Assembly (NCBI GenBank): GCA_021817325.1
Contig: JAKAVK010000018.1
Location: 9,544-73,543 of the forward strand
DNA from: Candidatus Micrarchaeota archaeon
GTDB lineage: Archaea; Micrarchaeota; Micrarchaeia; Micrarchaeales; CABMGC01
Length of the DNA: 64,000 nt
Direction of reading: 5' to 3'
The first letter of the stretch is position 1, and every line of letters begins with the position of its first letter. Below, in pieces: positions 35,118 through 44,701 of the stretch. Under the pieces are notes generated by a model. That model had not been told where the DNA came from. It saw nothing but the letters and a program-made list of their open reading frames with translations, and searched no databases. The translations under genes were made by a program, and so were the position numbers.

Positions 35118-36149
35118 TCACGGAGGGCTGTAAGTGGCTGTCCAGGAGTTCGTATAAGACAAGATGTTGGTATTGGGATAGCCGCTGCCATCGTATGTGG
35201 TAAGGTTCTTCCCATTCCCTGAGTAGTCATTGGAATTTCCGTTGAGCGGCCACCAACCGACAAGGTGGTTAAGGCTTATGGGGGCTCCGCCAATGCCCTC
35301 AAGATAGAGGCCGTCAAGTTCATTTACTGTGAGCGTTGTATTATACACCTGCACATTTGACATGTAGCCATACCACAGGCCCTCGTCGCAGCAGCCAAGC
35401 AGGAGGGTCTGGTCAGGGGGAAGGTATCCCAGGCTCGGATTCCAAGAGATAGGCGCATGGCCGTTTCCCATGTCAAAGATCTTCCCCTTGGCCCCGACGT
35501 AGGCAGACAGCGTATTCCCATCATATTCCATAACATAGAAGTACATCTGGTTCTGCGTCAGCGGCACTGCATAGTTGCCGCACTGGCCGATCGGGTTGTC
35601 AAATTGCCAGGACGCATTCTGGCCCCAAAAAAGGACAGTCGCATAATAGTTGTCCTGGCCGTTGGTGCACACGCCGCTATACCAGAGTGCTATGTTGGGG
35701 TACGGCTGTGGGCCGAGCGGAGTCTGGTACAGCTGGTCAAGGGGCTCGTACTGCGCCAGCGTCTGCCATGCGGACTTAGGGGTCGATGCCCAGAGCGTCA
35801 CAGTGAGGCTGTTATGCCCTTCGTACGTAATCGCCGGTTCAAATTGCAGAAACGGCACCCTGGCATACCCTCCAGAGCTGGGAAAGCTGGCAACATACTC
35901 GGGAAGCTCGTTGTTGCACAGGCCGTCAAGCAATATGGGATCTACAGTACCGGGCCCGTTGGGCCTGCTTATCTGGCAAGCGCCAGGCTGTGCACGCGGC
36001 GCGAAGTCTGTCGAGTTGAAGACCCCTAGGTAATACAAGGCGGCTACCACCGCAGCTATTACCAGTAGAGCCCATCCGTAAGTGGTAAGGTACTCTATCG
36101 CGGATTGGAGCCTTGTGCCGTCCTTTGCATGCCGAGCTGCCCCTGCCAT
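35118..36149 (-). CDS. Class III signal peptide protein with LamG/ConA-like lectin domain
   Basis: 343-aa ORF. ...GTRLQSAIEYLTTYGWALLVIAAVVAALYYL prepilin-type N-terminus. C-terminal LVGWWPLNGNSNDYSGNGKN is a typical LamG-domain opening strand. Confidence 0.6.
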   Translation of the reverse strand: MAGAARHAKDGTRLQSAIEYLTTYGWALLVIAAVVAALYYLGVFNSTDFAPRAQPGACQISRPNGPGTVDPILLDGLCNNELPEYVASFPSSGGYARVPFLQFEPAITYEGHNSLTVTLWASTPKSAWQTLAQYEPLDQLYQTPLGPQPYPNIALWYSGVCTNGQDNYYATVLFWGQNASWQFDNPIGQCGNYAVPLTQNQMYFYVMEYDGNTLSAYVGAKGKIFDMGNGHAPISWNPSLGYLPPDQTLLLGCCDEGLWYGYMSNVQVYNTTLTVNELDGLYLEGIGGAPISLNHLVGWWPLNGNSNDYSGNGKNLTTYDGSGYPNTNILSYTNSWTATYSPP

Positions 36150-36287
36150 GCTATGAAATGAGATATAAGGTATAAAAACCCATCATCAGCCGCAGAAAGA
36201 ACCAGGCGCATTTCATGCCCGCCAGGAAACTGGCAAAACAATATTATATCTTGAGTCGTCCTATCTATGATAAGGAGAGGCATTTGC

Positions 36288-37505
36288 ATGTTCTTTGGAG
36301 GAGGAAAAGGCAGCAGCATAACCGAGTGTACGCCTGATCAGCTCATGCCGCTGCTCAACGAGCAGTTCAGCAGGAAGCTATCCGGCCTCGACTCCCGTTG
36401 CGTGCGCCTTGTGAACGGGATAAGTTCCTCAAGGGATGCGCTGGCAGCGGCATGCGACGATTTCGGCAACCTGGCAAGCGAACCTGACATGGAATACGCA
36501 TATGTCACCAGCACTACCTACCTAAAAGACATGAAGGGCTCATATGTAACTGCGCTCAAGAGGGTGCTGTCGTCAGGCATCGGCGAGGCTGTGCACCCTA
36601 CGAAATACCACAGATACGAAGCCGAGCTTGCTGCTGCCGAGGAGATGATCAACGGCATCCTGAGGACCAACAAGACGTTCAAACTCGTTCTGGACGGCTA
36701 TGCAAACCACCTTGACAGGTTCAAGAAGGCATTCTCAGCAATAGAGTCATACACCGGGGAACTGCGTGCACAGGTCGCATTGCACACCGCAGACAAGGAC
36801 CAATACAACGAACTGCAGGGGCGTATCGAGCATCTGGCCGCACTTACCGAAGAGCACATGCTGCTTCGCAGTCAGCTTGCGGAGCTGGGCAATTCGACAG
36901 AGCCTGACGCGGGAAGCCTGCCGGAGAGTGTGGATGCTGCAAGGAAGTCGATCGATGCCAAGAAGGCCGAGATAGATGGGCTTTCAGGAGAGATTGCAAC
37001 CGCAAGTGCCGGGGCCAGTGTCATGCTGGCCCAGATAGAGAAGGCTGCTAGGAAGCATGACCATCTCTCTGCAAGCAAGGTAAAGCTATCCTCCTTCATA
37101 GAAGACAAGAGGCTTGTGGTCGAGCACTACCAGGAGTTCCTCGTCCAGGTCGATGCGCTTGGAAAGGAGATAGATGATGGAAAGGTGGCTGTGAAGAACA
37201 AGGAGGAGGCAATGCGTGCAGTAAGGATGTTGAAGAGCGGCGGACTTATAGAGCAGCTTGAACGCGTAAAAGCCCTCGAGGACAGGCGCAGCGCCGCAGA
37301 AGCCCAGATAAGGGAATTCGAGAAGGTGGAGCGGGAGTTTTCTGCAATCGAGAGCAGAAAGAAGGAGGGGCAGGCGGCTATGCAAGGCACCAAGCTGCGC
37401 TTGGAGCGCACCGCGGAGGACATGGAAGCGGAGAAGACTGTAATAGAGCAGCTATTCGCAGGCTACTACAAGAAGCAGATAAGGATACTGCTTGCGGCAC
37501 GATAA
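36288..37505 (+). CDS. Long coiled-coil protein, unknown function
   Basis: About 405 aa from the ATG at 36288, preceded by AAGGAGAGG. Extended heptad-rich, Glu/Lys/Ala-rich sequence with no enzymatic motif. Confidence 0.5.
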   Translation: MFFGGGKGSSITECTPDQLMPLLNEQFSRKLSGLDSRCVRLVNGISSSRDALAAACDDFGNLASEPDMEYAYVTSTTYLKDMKGSYVTALKRVLSSGIGEAVHPTKYHRYEAELAAAEEMINGILRTNKTFKLVLDGYANHLDRFKKAFSAIESYTGELRAQVALHTADKDQYNELQGRIEHLAALTEEHMLLRSQLAELGNSTEPDAGSLPESVDAARKSIDAKKAEIDGLSGEIATASAGASVMLAQIEKAARKHDHLSASKVKLSSFIEDKRLVVEHYQEFLVQVDALGKEIDDGKVAVKNKEEAMRAVRMLKSGGLIEQLERVKALEDRRSAAEAQIREFEKVEREFSAIESRKKEGQAAMQGTKLRLERTAEDMEAEKTVIEQLFAGYYKKQIRILLAAR

Positions 37506-37649
37506 GCCCAATCCCTGCGCACCTGTGTCTTTTTATATCCGATGCAATATCGTAAGCATACATTATTATACTGGAAAAGGTAAAAATTTGTATCGGACAT
37601 TATAATTTCAATTGGCTAGAGCATGCACGCCAAGGAATGATGATCGGAT

Positions 37650-38162
37650 ATGGCCAATACATACGTAATACTCGCGGTCCTCGTTGTGGGCATAATACTA
37701 ATAATATACGCGTTCACCACGATCTTCCATTCAGGGGCCCAAGCGCCTTCAAAGAGCACGTCCACTCCGGTCAGCACCTCTGGCGCAGCTACTGCCACAG
37801 CGCCTCCTCCTCCTCCCGCCGTTGTAACTTTCTATGATGTTAACGTGCAATACGCATATTACGGGCCGGTATCCAAGAACGGAATAAACTGCAGCTATAC
37901 GACATATACTTACATAGACAGCCAGTCTCTGACGCTGAATGGCAGCCAGCCATTCAACCTCCAGTTCCAGCCTGGAAGCGGCCAGTGCCCATTCACAATA
38001 ACCAGCGTGGTGGTAAATACGCCTGGATTTGCTGTAACGTCAACCACACCAGGCACGCCCTTCACCCTGCCGCCTAACAGCCAGTACCAGCTGCAAGTAA
38101 ACATGAGGGCCCCAAGCACAAGTTTTTACGGGCCGCTCACGATAACAATAAACTACAGGTAA
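37650..38162 (+). CDS. Membrane-anchored small surface protein with Ser/Thr/Pro linker
   Basis: 170-aa ORF. N-terminal TM YVILAVLVVGIILIIYAF, STP-rich linker (ATATAPPPPPA), then a beta-rich domain. Confidence 0.5.
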   Translation: MANTYVILAVLVVGIILIIYAFTTIFHSGAQAPSKSTSTPVSTSGAATATAPPPPPAVVTFYDVNVQYAYYGPVSKNGINCSYTTYTYIDSQSLTLNGSQPFNLQFQPGSGQCPFTITSVVVNTPGFAVTSTTPGTPFTLPPNSQYQLQVNMRAPSTSFYGPLTITINYR

Positions 38163-38264
38163 GCTACGAAGCACGGCAGCCCTGGGCCATACCCGTTTCC
38201 CCAGATACGCGACTCTCCAGTGCATAGGCGTTACGACAGGGCAGCGAGCAAATAATAATGCTGC

Positions 38265-40151
38265 GTGCATAATAAGTGCATGCAAGCTCCGGAAAACTTC
38301 ATCTTCAGGTTCGAGAAAGCCAGGAAGAACCAGGCAATCATGATGCGCGAGATATACGGCGCACTTTCCATGCACAAGAGCATATTCATAAACGCGCCAA
38401 CCGGCATAGGCAAGACCGATGCGGCTATATCCTCATGCCTAAGCTACGCGTTGGAGCATGGCCTTAGCATTCTCTTCCTTACTCCTAAGAATTCGCAGCA
38501 CAAGATAGCGGTAGAGGTGCTTTCCGGGCTGAGGAAGAAGTTCAATCTTGACTTTAGGTACGTGGACATAGTGGGCAAGAGGAACATGTGCGTGAACCCT
38601 GATGTCAATCTCATGGAGGGCGAGGCATTCTACAAGACCTGCGAGCACAAGATGAAGAACAGGGGGTGCCAGTTCTATGAGCGTTCGAAGGATGTGGAGA
38701 CTGCGGACCAGAGCCTTGCGGAGTCGGGGATGCAGGGCCACAATGCACTATTCAGGGAATCTTTCGAGAGAGGATACTGTGCATACGAGATATCGGCCAA
38801 GATAGCCAGGGACGCGAAGTTCATAATAGCCGACTACGCGCACATGCTGAATCCCTCGGTGATGAAGGCATTCATGCGCAAGATAGGGCACGCCCTGAGG
38901 GACTCAATAGTGATATGGGACGAGGCACACAACATCACCAGCATAGCGTCGTCATACCTGAGCATGTCGCTGACAACATCTACGATAAAGAGGGCGTCTG
39001 CAGAGCTGACAGCAATAGGCAGCGGCATTGACCTTGGATATCTTGAATACATGTTAAACAGTATGGCCGATTCGAAGATCAAGAAGAAGGGCATCGGCGA
39101 GGCTTTTGTCGGGCATGGGGACATACCGGAAACCATCAAGGCGGGTAAAGAGGAGATATGCGGGCAGCTTGAGAATGCAGCCATGCAGTACATAAACAAT
39201 GCGCAGGCCAGGCGCTCTTCACTAATGCACGTGTCGCGCTTCATCAGACTGCTATCTTCATACGGCGATTCGGATGCGGTTATAATCTCAAGGTACGGAA
39301 AAGGGGTGAAGCTGTCCGTTTCCTGCCTATATCCGTCAGAGGCAATAGCGCCCATGAAAGAGGCGTATGCCAACGTATTCATGAGTGGCACTCTGCTGCC
39401 AATAGGAATGCACAAGGAAATGCTGGGCTTTCCAGACGCAATTACTGCCACATATCCAGCGCCATTCCCCAAGGAGAACAGGATATGCCTGCTGGACAAG
39501 GATGTATCTACCAAATACTCACAAAGGACCCTGGACCACTACAAGCTGATAGCGCAGCGCATCTCCGCGGTAAGGAACTCTGTCAGGGGAAATGTTGCGG
39601 TGTTCTTCCCAGGCTTCGAGGTCATGAACGCCGTCAGGCGGTATCTGAAAAACCCTGTAAGATTCGTGCAGCGCGTGGAGATGCGTAGCTACCAGGTGGA
39701 GCAGATGATAAGCGAATTCAAGGGCGGTGAGGATAACCTCTTATTCGCCGTTATGGGGGGCAGCCTGAGCGAGGGGATAGACTATGCAAACAATGTGATT
39801 AAGGGAATAATAATAGTGGGCATACCGCTTGAACACCCTAACCTTGAGCTCAGGGCCAGGATAGAGTACCTGAATAAGAAGTTCGGCATGAAGGGCAATG
39901 AGTATGCATACCTGATACCCGGCGTGGTCAAGGCCGCGCAGGCGGCAGGTAGGGCGATAAGGAGCGAGAAGGACAGGGCGTTCATACTCTTCATGGACAG
40001 GCGATACTCGTGGAGCATCTACAAATCTATAATATCAGACTTCATGCAGATAGAGGAAGGCGATGACTACCTGCCAAGGATAGTCAGGTTTATGGATGAC
40101 AGCGCGATCTTGCACGCAGGCGAAGCCGGTACCAGAAAAGAATCAGCGTAA
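38265..40151 (+). CDS. xpd: XPD/Rad3-family Fe-S DNA helicase
   Basis: 628-aa ORF. Helicase motif I NAPTGIGKT and motif II WDEAHNI. Four Cys between them (MCVNP, YKTCEH, RGCQFY, GYCAYE) fit the 4Fe-4S domain. C-terminal GRAIRSEKDRA motif VI. Confidence 0.85.
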   Translation: MHNKCMQAPENFIFRFEKARKNQAIMMREIYGALSMHKSIFINAPTGIGKTDAAISSCLSYALEHGLSILFLTPKNSQHKIAVEVLSGLRKKFNLDFRYVDIVGKRNMCVNPDVNLMEGEAFYKTCEHKMKNRGCQFYERSKDVETADQSLAESGMQGHNALFRESFERGYCAYEISAKIARDAKFIIADYAHMLNPSVMKAFMRKIGHALRDSIVIWDEAHNITSIASSYLSMSLTTSTIKRASAELTAIGSGIDLGYLEYMLNSMADSKIKKKGIGEAFVGHGDIPETIKAGKEEICGQLENAAMQYINNAQARRSSLMHVSRFIRLLSSYGDSDAVIISRYGKGVKLSVSCLYPSEAIAPMKEAYANVFMSGTLLPIGMHKEMLGFPDAITATYPAPFPKENRICLLDKDVSTKYSQRTLDHYKLIAQRISAVRNSVRGNVAVFFPGFEVMNAVRRYLKNPVRFVQRVEMRSYQVEQMISEFKGGEDNLLFAVMGGSLSEGIDYANNVIKGIIIVGIPLEHPNLELRARIEYLNKKFGMKGNEYAYLIPGVVKAAQAAGRAIRSEKDRAFILFMDRRYSWSIYKSIISDFMQIEEGDDYLPRIVRFMDDSAILHAGEAGTRKESA

Positions 40152-40619
40152 ACTTATCCTGTAATTCACAACACGCTTCATATTCCTATCGTAAACGAAG
40201 CTTCCATTAAATCTTCTGCCATTAACAACCAGCGGCAGCCAGAATAGGTCATCGTCCCACATCTTATCGTAGGGTATGCTGCCAAGATTAAACCACCTCA
40301 TTCCGCGACTCCGGCTACCAATCCCCCCAGGCACCTTTACCGAGAAGATATGGGCTTTCACAAACGGAAGCTCTGCAGTTCCTTTATAGAAATTACAGAC
40401 CCCGTGCAGGAGAGGTCTGGGCGCAACGAGTCCTACCTCCCTCTTAAGCAGAGTGGCAGCACAGTAGGCAGGATCACTATTCCTGTCTAATTCCACTGAG
40501 AGGCCAACCCACTTTCCATTGCCCATCCCTTCGGTTTCCTTCTTCAGGAGTATCCTCCTGCCATCTAAGACTTCACAAACTGCGAGCGACATCATCGATG
40601 TCATGACTGCACTTTGCAT
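40143..40619 (-). CDS. MTH1/NUDT1-like Nudix-fold protein with degenerate Nudix box
   Basis: 158-aa ORF. RRILLKKETEGMGNGKWVGL and WFNLGSIPYDKMWDDDLFWLPLV resemble MTH1-type 8-oxo-dGTPases. The Nudix box position reads LLKREVGL instead of REx2EE. Confidence 0.5.
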   Translation of the reverse strand: MQSAVMTSMMSLAVCEVLDGRRILLKKETEGMGNGKWVGLSVELDRNSDPAYCAATLLKREVGLVAPRPLLHGVCNFYKGTAELPFVKAHIFSVKVPGGIGSRSRGMRWFNLGSIPYDKMWDDDLFWLPLVVNGRRFNGSFVYDRNMKRVVNYRISLR

Positions 40620-40638
40620 GATAAGCTATAAATGGCCG

Positions 40639-41256
40639 TCAGTTACGTCTCTTGGCATCTATAAAGATATCTCTTACATAAGAAAATGTATTACTATTCT
40701 CGTCAACTCCATGGCGTAAGGAGTTACGGATAGTGGACTCGCGTATCGATGAAGGCACTCCCTCTCCGACTTCAACCTTCACTGTGCATGTGAGGCCCTG
40801 CATAGAGAGCGTGGTGGCGCCTATCTCTATGCCTTCAGGTGTCTTGGCAACATCACATCTTATCAGTTCTCCATGATTCCACGAGTAGCCCAACTCTTCT
40901 TTTTGAAATGCGATCACATGCGGCGTAATCACCAGGGTTCCTGGAATAAGATATGCAAATGTCACAGATGAATGGTATGTTGTAAGGGTGTCAGAGGCCT
41001 GATCCACGTTGCCCATGCTTAAGTATGCCCTAATTACGCCAGACAGCCGCATCTCTCTCCCAAAACCCTCTATCTGATGGCCCAAGAACTCAGCGAGTCT
41101 ACCGTCCCTCAGGAAGGCATGGTTCCAGTCCCCTGCTTCGAATCCTATTATGGAAAGCTGCTGCCTACCGTCTTTTGGCGCTGCAATTGCGGCCAGCTCA
41201 CTAGGAACAAGTGCACGTTCATAAACCCGTCGCATATAACCGGTCACTATTGGCAT
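40639..41256 (-). CDS. Hypothetical protein
   Basis: 205-aa ORF with protein-like composition. No motif recognised. Confidence 0.4.
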   Translation of the reverse strand: MPIVTGYMRRVYERALVPSELAAIAAPKDGRQQLSIIGFEAGDWNHAFLRDGRLAEFLGHQIEGFGREMRLSGVIRAYLSMGNVDQASDTLTTYHSSVTFAYLIPGTLVITPHVIAFQKEELGYSWNHGELIRCDVAKTPEGIEIGATTLSMQGLTCTVKVEVGEGVPSSIRESTIRNSLRHGVDENSNTFSYVRDIFIDAKRRN

Positions 41257-41422
41257 TCCCTGGTATTTAATTGTTGCTCCAAAAGACTATCTTTGCAATC
41301 CACATTGCCATATTGACCTGCGTCCTGCAAGACCAAAAGCACCTTGCTGATAGAGTAAATACAAATCCAAAAGAGCAGCAAAAGTTAATATAGCGGCGAT
41401 TTCTAGCAATACGTGTGGTTTT

Positions 41423-41791
41423 ATGGCAATGGAGTTATCACAGGCAGGAGGGGCAATAGCTGGAAGGAAGGGGGTAAATCTTCATCATTTGGCGCATCTG
41501 TATATCGCGGTGGAAGGCCTCCCTGTTGATCTTCACGGTGCCTTTGCAGCAAGGACAGTAAAGCCTGTTACAGGCCTTCCTGTATCAGGTTCGGCCAGTG
41601 TATCAAACGGCCTTGACGCCATATTATCAAGGGTCCAGATACCTCAGGGCGTGCCTGTAGGCGTTACAGGTGCAGTCGATACAGGTGAGGGTGCCGGCCT
41701 GCTCGCTACAGAAATTCTAGGGATTAGCAATCCAGACCTTTGGCGTAAACTTCTCGACATGAGAATGGAGGAGCTGCCAGACCGGGTGTAA
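41423..41791 (+). CDS. PurE-like protein, N-terminally truncated/degenerate (possible pseudogene)
   Basis: The C-terminal 70 aa match PurE (PVTGLPV...NGLDAILSRVQIPQGVPVGVTGAV...GAGLLATEILG). The expected IAGAGGAAHLPG reads IAVEGLPVDLHG, and the N-terminal GSxSD half is absent. Confidence 0.5.
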   Translation: MAMELSQAGGAIAGRKGVNLHHLAHLYIAVEGLPVDLHGAFAARTVKPVTGLPVSGSASVSNGLDAILSRVQIPQGVPVGVTGAVDTGEGAGLLATEILGISNPDLWRKLLDMRMEELPDRV

Positions 41792-41793
41792 TC

Positions 41794-43233
41794 ATGGCAC
41801 AGAGAGTCAGGCAAGATGCGAATACCGGGCCAAGCACATTGACAGCGATCTCCCCCCTCGATGGGAGATATTGGGGCAGGGTAAATGAGTTGTCACCATA
41901 CGTATCCGAGATGGCGCTTATACGGACGCGCATAGAGGTGGAGGCCAGGTACCTGGTTGCGCTGTCCGGGATTGGCGTTGTAAGGCCCCTATCTGGGCAG
42001 GAGAGGGAAACATTGGCAAATCTTGGTACAAGTCTCTCTGAAGGGCAAATAGAGAGGGTAAAGGAGATAGAGAATACAACCAGGCATGACGTCAAGGCTA
42101 TGGAGAGGGCGGTCCGCGAGTTCGTTTCCAGGACGAGCCTGGAAAAAGTCACCGAGATGATTCACTTTGCGCTTACTTCTGAAGACGTAAACAATCTTTC
42201 CTACAGGCTGATGTTAAAGAGGGCGATTGCCAAAGTATGCGTGCCTGCACTCGACAATATTGTTGACGCCTTTGCAGCCATGGCAAAGGAATACGCGAAT
42301 GTCCCGATGCTCGCAAGAACGCACGGCCAGCCAGCAGTGCCAACCACGCTGGGAAAGGAGATGGTGAACATAGCCGTAAGGCTGAATGCGCAGGTGAGGT
42401 CCCTAGAGGAAGCTGAAATAACTGGCAAACTGACCGGTGCTGTGGGAAACCTCAATGCGCATCGACTGGCTGCCCCTGAAGTCGACTGGATCAATTTCTC
42501 AAGCGAGTTCGTTAAGAGTCTTGGATTAAAACCAAACATGTTCACCACGCAGATAAATCCATATGATGACATGATAGCCGTTTTTCAGGCATTCCAACGC
42601 GTAAATGGTGTTATTCTGGATGCCGATCAGGATATGTGGAGGTACATAAGCGATGACTGGTTCAAGCAGCAGGCTAAGAGCGGCGAGGTCGGTTCCTCAA
42701 CAATGCCACAGAAGGTCAATCCGATAGATTTCGAGAACAGCGAAGGCAACCTGCAGGTGGCCAACAGCCTCCTCGAGGGCTTTGGTAGGAAGCTCGCAGT
42801 TTCAAGGCTGCAGAGGGACCTATCAGACAGCACCACAGTCAGGAATGTAGGGGTCGCGCTGGCATACGGTCTGCTGGCTTACAAGAACACTCTCGCAGGC
42901 CTGGGAAGGGTATCGGCAAACACGGATCTGATCAAGGAAAGGCTCAATGAGAACTGGGCAATATTGACCGAGGGCGTGCAGACTATCCTAAGAAGGGAGG
43001 GGACCAGGGATCCATATTCCACTGTAGCTGCGCTGTCGCGGGGGCAGAGAATCGGGCCTGACGACTGGCGGGAATGGCTAGATGGCATACCAACGGAAGG
43101 TCAGGTGCAGAGGAGGCTCAGGGAGATGACTCCGGAATCATACACAGGATATGCTGAAAGGCTGGTCGGCATGGCGCTTGAGGAGATCGCAAGGTCGAGG
43201 GAACGCGCTGCAGATACTAGCCCGATGCAATAG
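41794..43233 (+). CDS. purB: Adenylosuccinate lyase
   Basis: 479-aa ORF. ISPLDGRYW N-terminus, HFALTSEDVNN, and the fumarate-lyase signature region GSSTMPQKVNP. Confidence 0.9.
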   Translation: MAQRVRQDANTGPSTLTAISPLDGRYWGRVNELSPYVSEMALIRTRIEVEARYLVALSGIGVVRPLSGQERETLANLGTSLSEGQIERVKEIENTTRHDVKAMERAVREFVSRTSLEKVTEMIHFALTSEDVNNLSYRLMLKRAIAKVCVPALDNIVDAFAAMAKEYANVPMLARTHGQPAVPTTLGKEMVNIAVRLNAQVRSLEEAEITGKLTGAVGNLNAHRLAAPEVDWINFSSEFVKSLGLKPNMFTTQINPYDDMIAVFQAFQRVNGVILDADQDMWRYISDDWFKQQAKSGEVGSSTMPQKVNPIDFENSEGNLQVANSLLEGFGRKLAVSRLQRDLSDSTTVRNVGVALAYGLLAYKNTLAGLGRVSANTDLIKERLNENWAILTEGVQTILRREGTRDPYSTVAALSRGQRIGPDDWREWLDGIPTEGQVQRRLREMTPESYTGYAERLVGMALEEIARSRERAADTSPMQ

Positions 43234-43620
43234 GGGCCATGTGTGTACAATAGTATTATTTGCAGTTTTGCAGTATCTCTCCCTGCCAAATCCAAATCTC
43301 GTAACTAAGCACCTGCAAGAGGCCCTGTTTCATCCCAGCGATTCCATAAACTGCAAGAGATTGTGGCACAAAGGATTGCTTAACAACAATATTTTGAAAT
43401 CTTCATTGTACCTAGTAAGATTTTTGATATGGGCTTTCCTAATGGTTGCTTTAGCAGTACGAATGCCAATATTAATTGATAATGCTAATTTTGGCTCCTT
43501 AGGCTCGAAGGGATTCTTAGATTCGATTTTAATATTATCAATGTGGGATTGGTTTACGTTGGCGGCTTTATCCTATAACAATAGCATGTCTGATACCTGG
43601 GCATTACAAAGTGCACAGAA

Positions 43621-44115
43621 TCACTCTTTAGGAATTACAAGTCCTCCAATAAAATCATGGAAAAAGGCCCGTTCTCCTTTATGCCCAATCTCTTCACTGC
43701 CAGTAAACCTAGATATGTTTCCATTCAAATAACTATGGTACTCCCAATCTCCTTCCTTAAAGAATTTCTGGCCTCTTGGCTGGAACTGCCCTGTTTTTTC
43801 GCCGCTCTTAAGGGCTTTCTTTAAGAACTCGAATGTTTCCTGTGCAAATTTAGTGTCTTTGGTGTACTTCTCCTCCATCCCACCGCCGTAATTCTGCACC
43901 CATACTTGCTTGCCTTTATAAAAAATTGTTTCGGTGCCCCACGATCGAAACCATCCTGTATATCTGTCTTGATAACTCCAATCGCCTTTTTTGTAAGCCA
44001 ATACCTTGTAACCATTTTCAGAGATTCCCGTCATTCCACCAGCGTAAGTAGACTTAGAGGCTTCTCCAAGAAATAGGTTCAATTCTCTCAAGAACTCTTG
44101 CGTATCCGATGGCAT
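43621..44115 (-). CDS. DUF5680-like protein
   Basis: 164-aa ORF. FLGEASKSTYAGG...YKKGDWSYQDRYTG...VWVQNYGGG...FLKKAL...RGQ...EGDWEYH...FTGSEEI follows the DUF5680 pattern as I recall it. Isolated in an AT-rich, ORF-poor segment. Confidence 0.6.
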   Translation of the reverse strand: MPSDTQEFLRELNLFLGEASKSTYAGGMTGISENGYKVLAYKKGDWSYQDRYTGWFRSWGTETIFYKGKQVWVQNYGGGMEEKYTKDTKFAQETFEFLKKALKSGEKTGQFQPRGQKFFKEGDWEYHSYLNGNISRFTGSEEIGHKGERAFFHDFIGGLVIPKE

Positions 44116-44626
44116 AAGATCAAATAGATTATTGGCAAGTTACAATCATAAATCTATTGCTCTGTTCTTAGGAGTTCAGCTGCGATTGCACTTTCCCTCT
44201 CACTTAAAAACATGCTTCGAGCTTGTAGCAAGTATTACGTATGATAAAAGTAAAGTTGTACCCCCCCGAAAATATCCTAATGCCTCTCTTGCCAGATCTT
44301 ATGCCTCTAATTGTAATTGTATGCGTTCTGACAGAGCAAAATTATACCTAAAACTGCTACCCTGAAGCTGCTTTTCCATTGCCTGCTCTGACCATCTTGC
44401 TCATAAAAAATTCTCATTGACGTTCATTGTGGCGAAGTACAGCTGCACCAAAATCTTTTCCATCAGGAACCGTACCACGTGCCGTCACTCGCATATAATC
44501 ATAATTATTTGGTACCTCTCTCTCGCTTAAAATTTGGTTCTAAATCAGACTGTGCACATTTCAATCTTAATCAACACATTAAAACTGTTCAAAATATAGA
44601 TCCTTTATATAACCCCAATAGAAAAA

Positions 44627-44700
44627 CGGGGAGTCCGTGATTTGAACACGGGTCACCACCTCCCGAAGGTGGTAGCCTAACCAGACTAGCAGAACTCCCC
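44627..44700 (-). tRNA. tRNA-Pro (anticodon CGG)
   Basis: The reverse complement folds as a cloverleaf. Acceptor GGGGAGT/ACTCCCC, anticodon arm CCACC-TTCGGGA-GGTGG, T arm CCGTG-TTCAAAT-CACGG, discriminator G. One U-U mismatch in the D stem. Confidence 0.8.
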
Positions 44701-44701
44701 T

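Noticed and set aside
38834-39514. 226-aa minus-strand ORF
   Set aside because: It is antisense to the XPD helicase gene.
43151-43732. 193-aa plus-strand ORF bridging the purB end and the DUF5680-like gene
   Set aside because: It overlaps two better-supported genes at both ends. It has an AT-rich low-complexity translation and no motif. The region is treated as non-coding or decayed.
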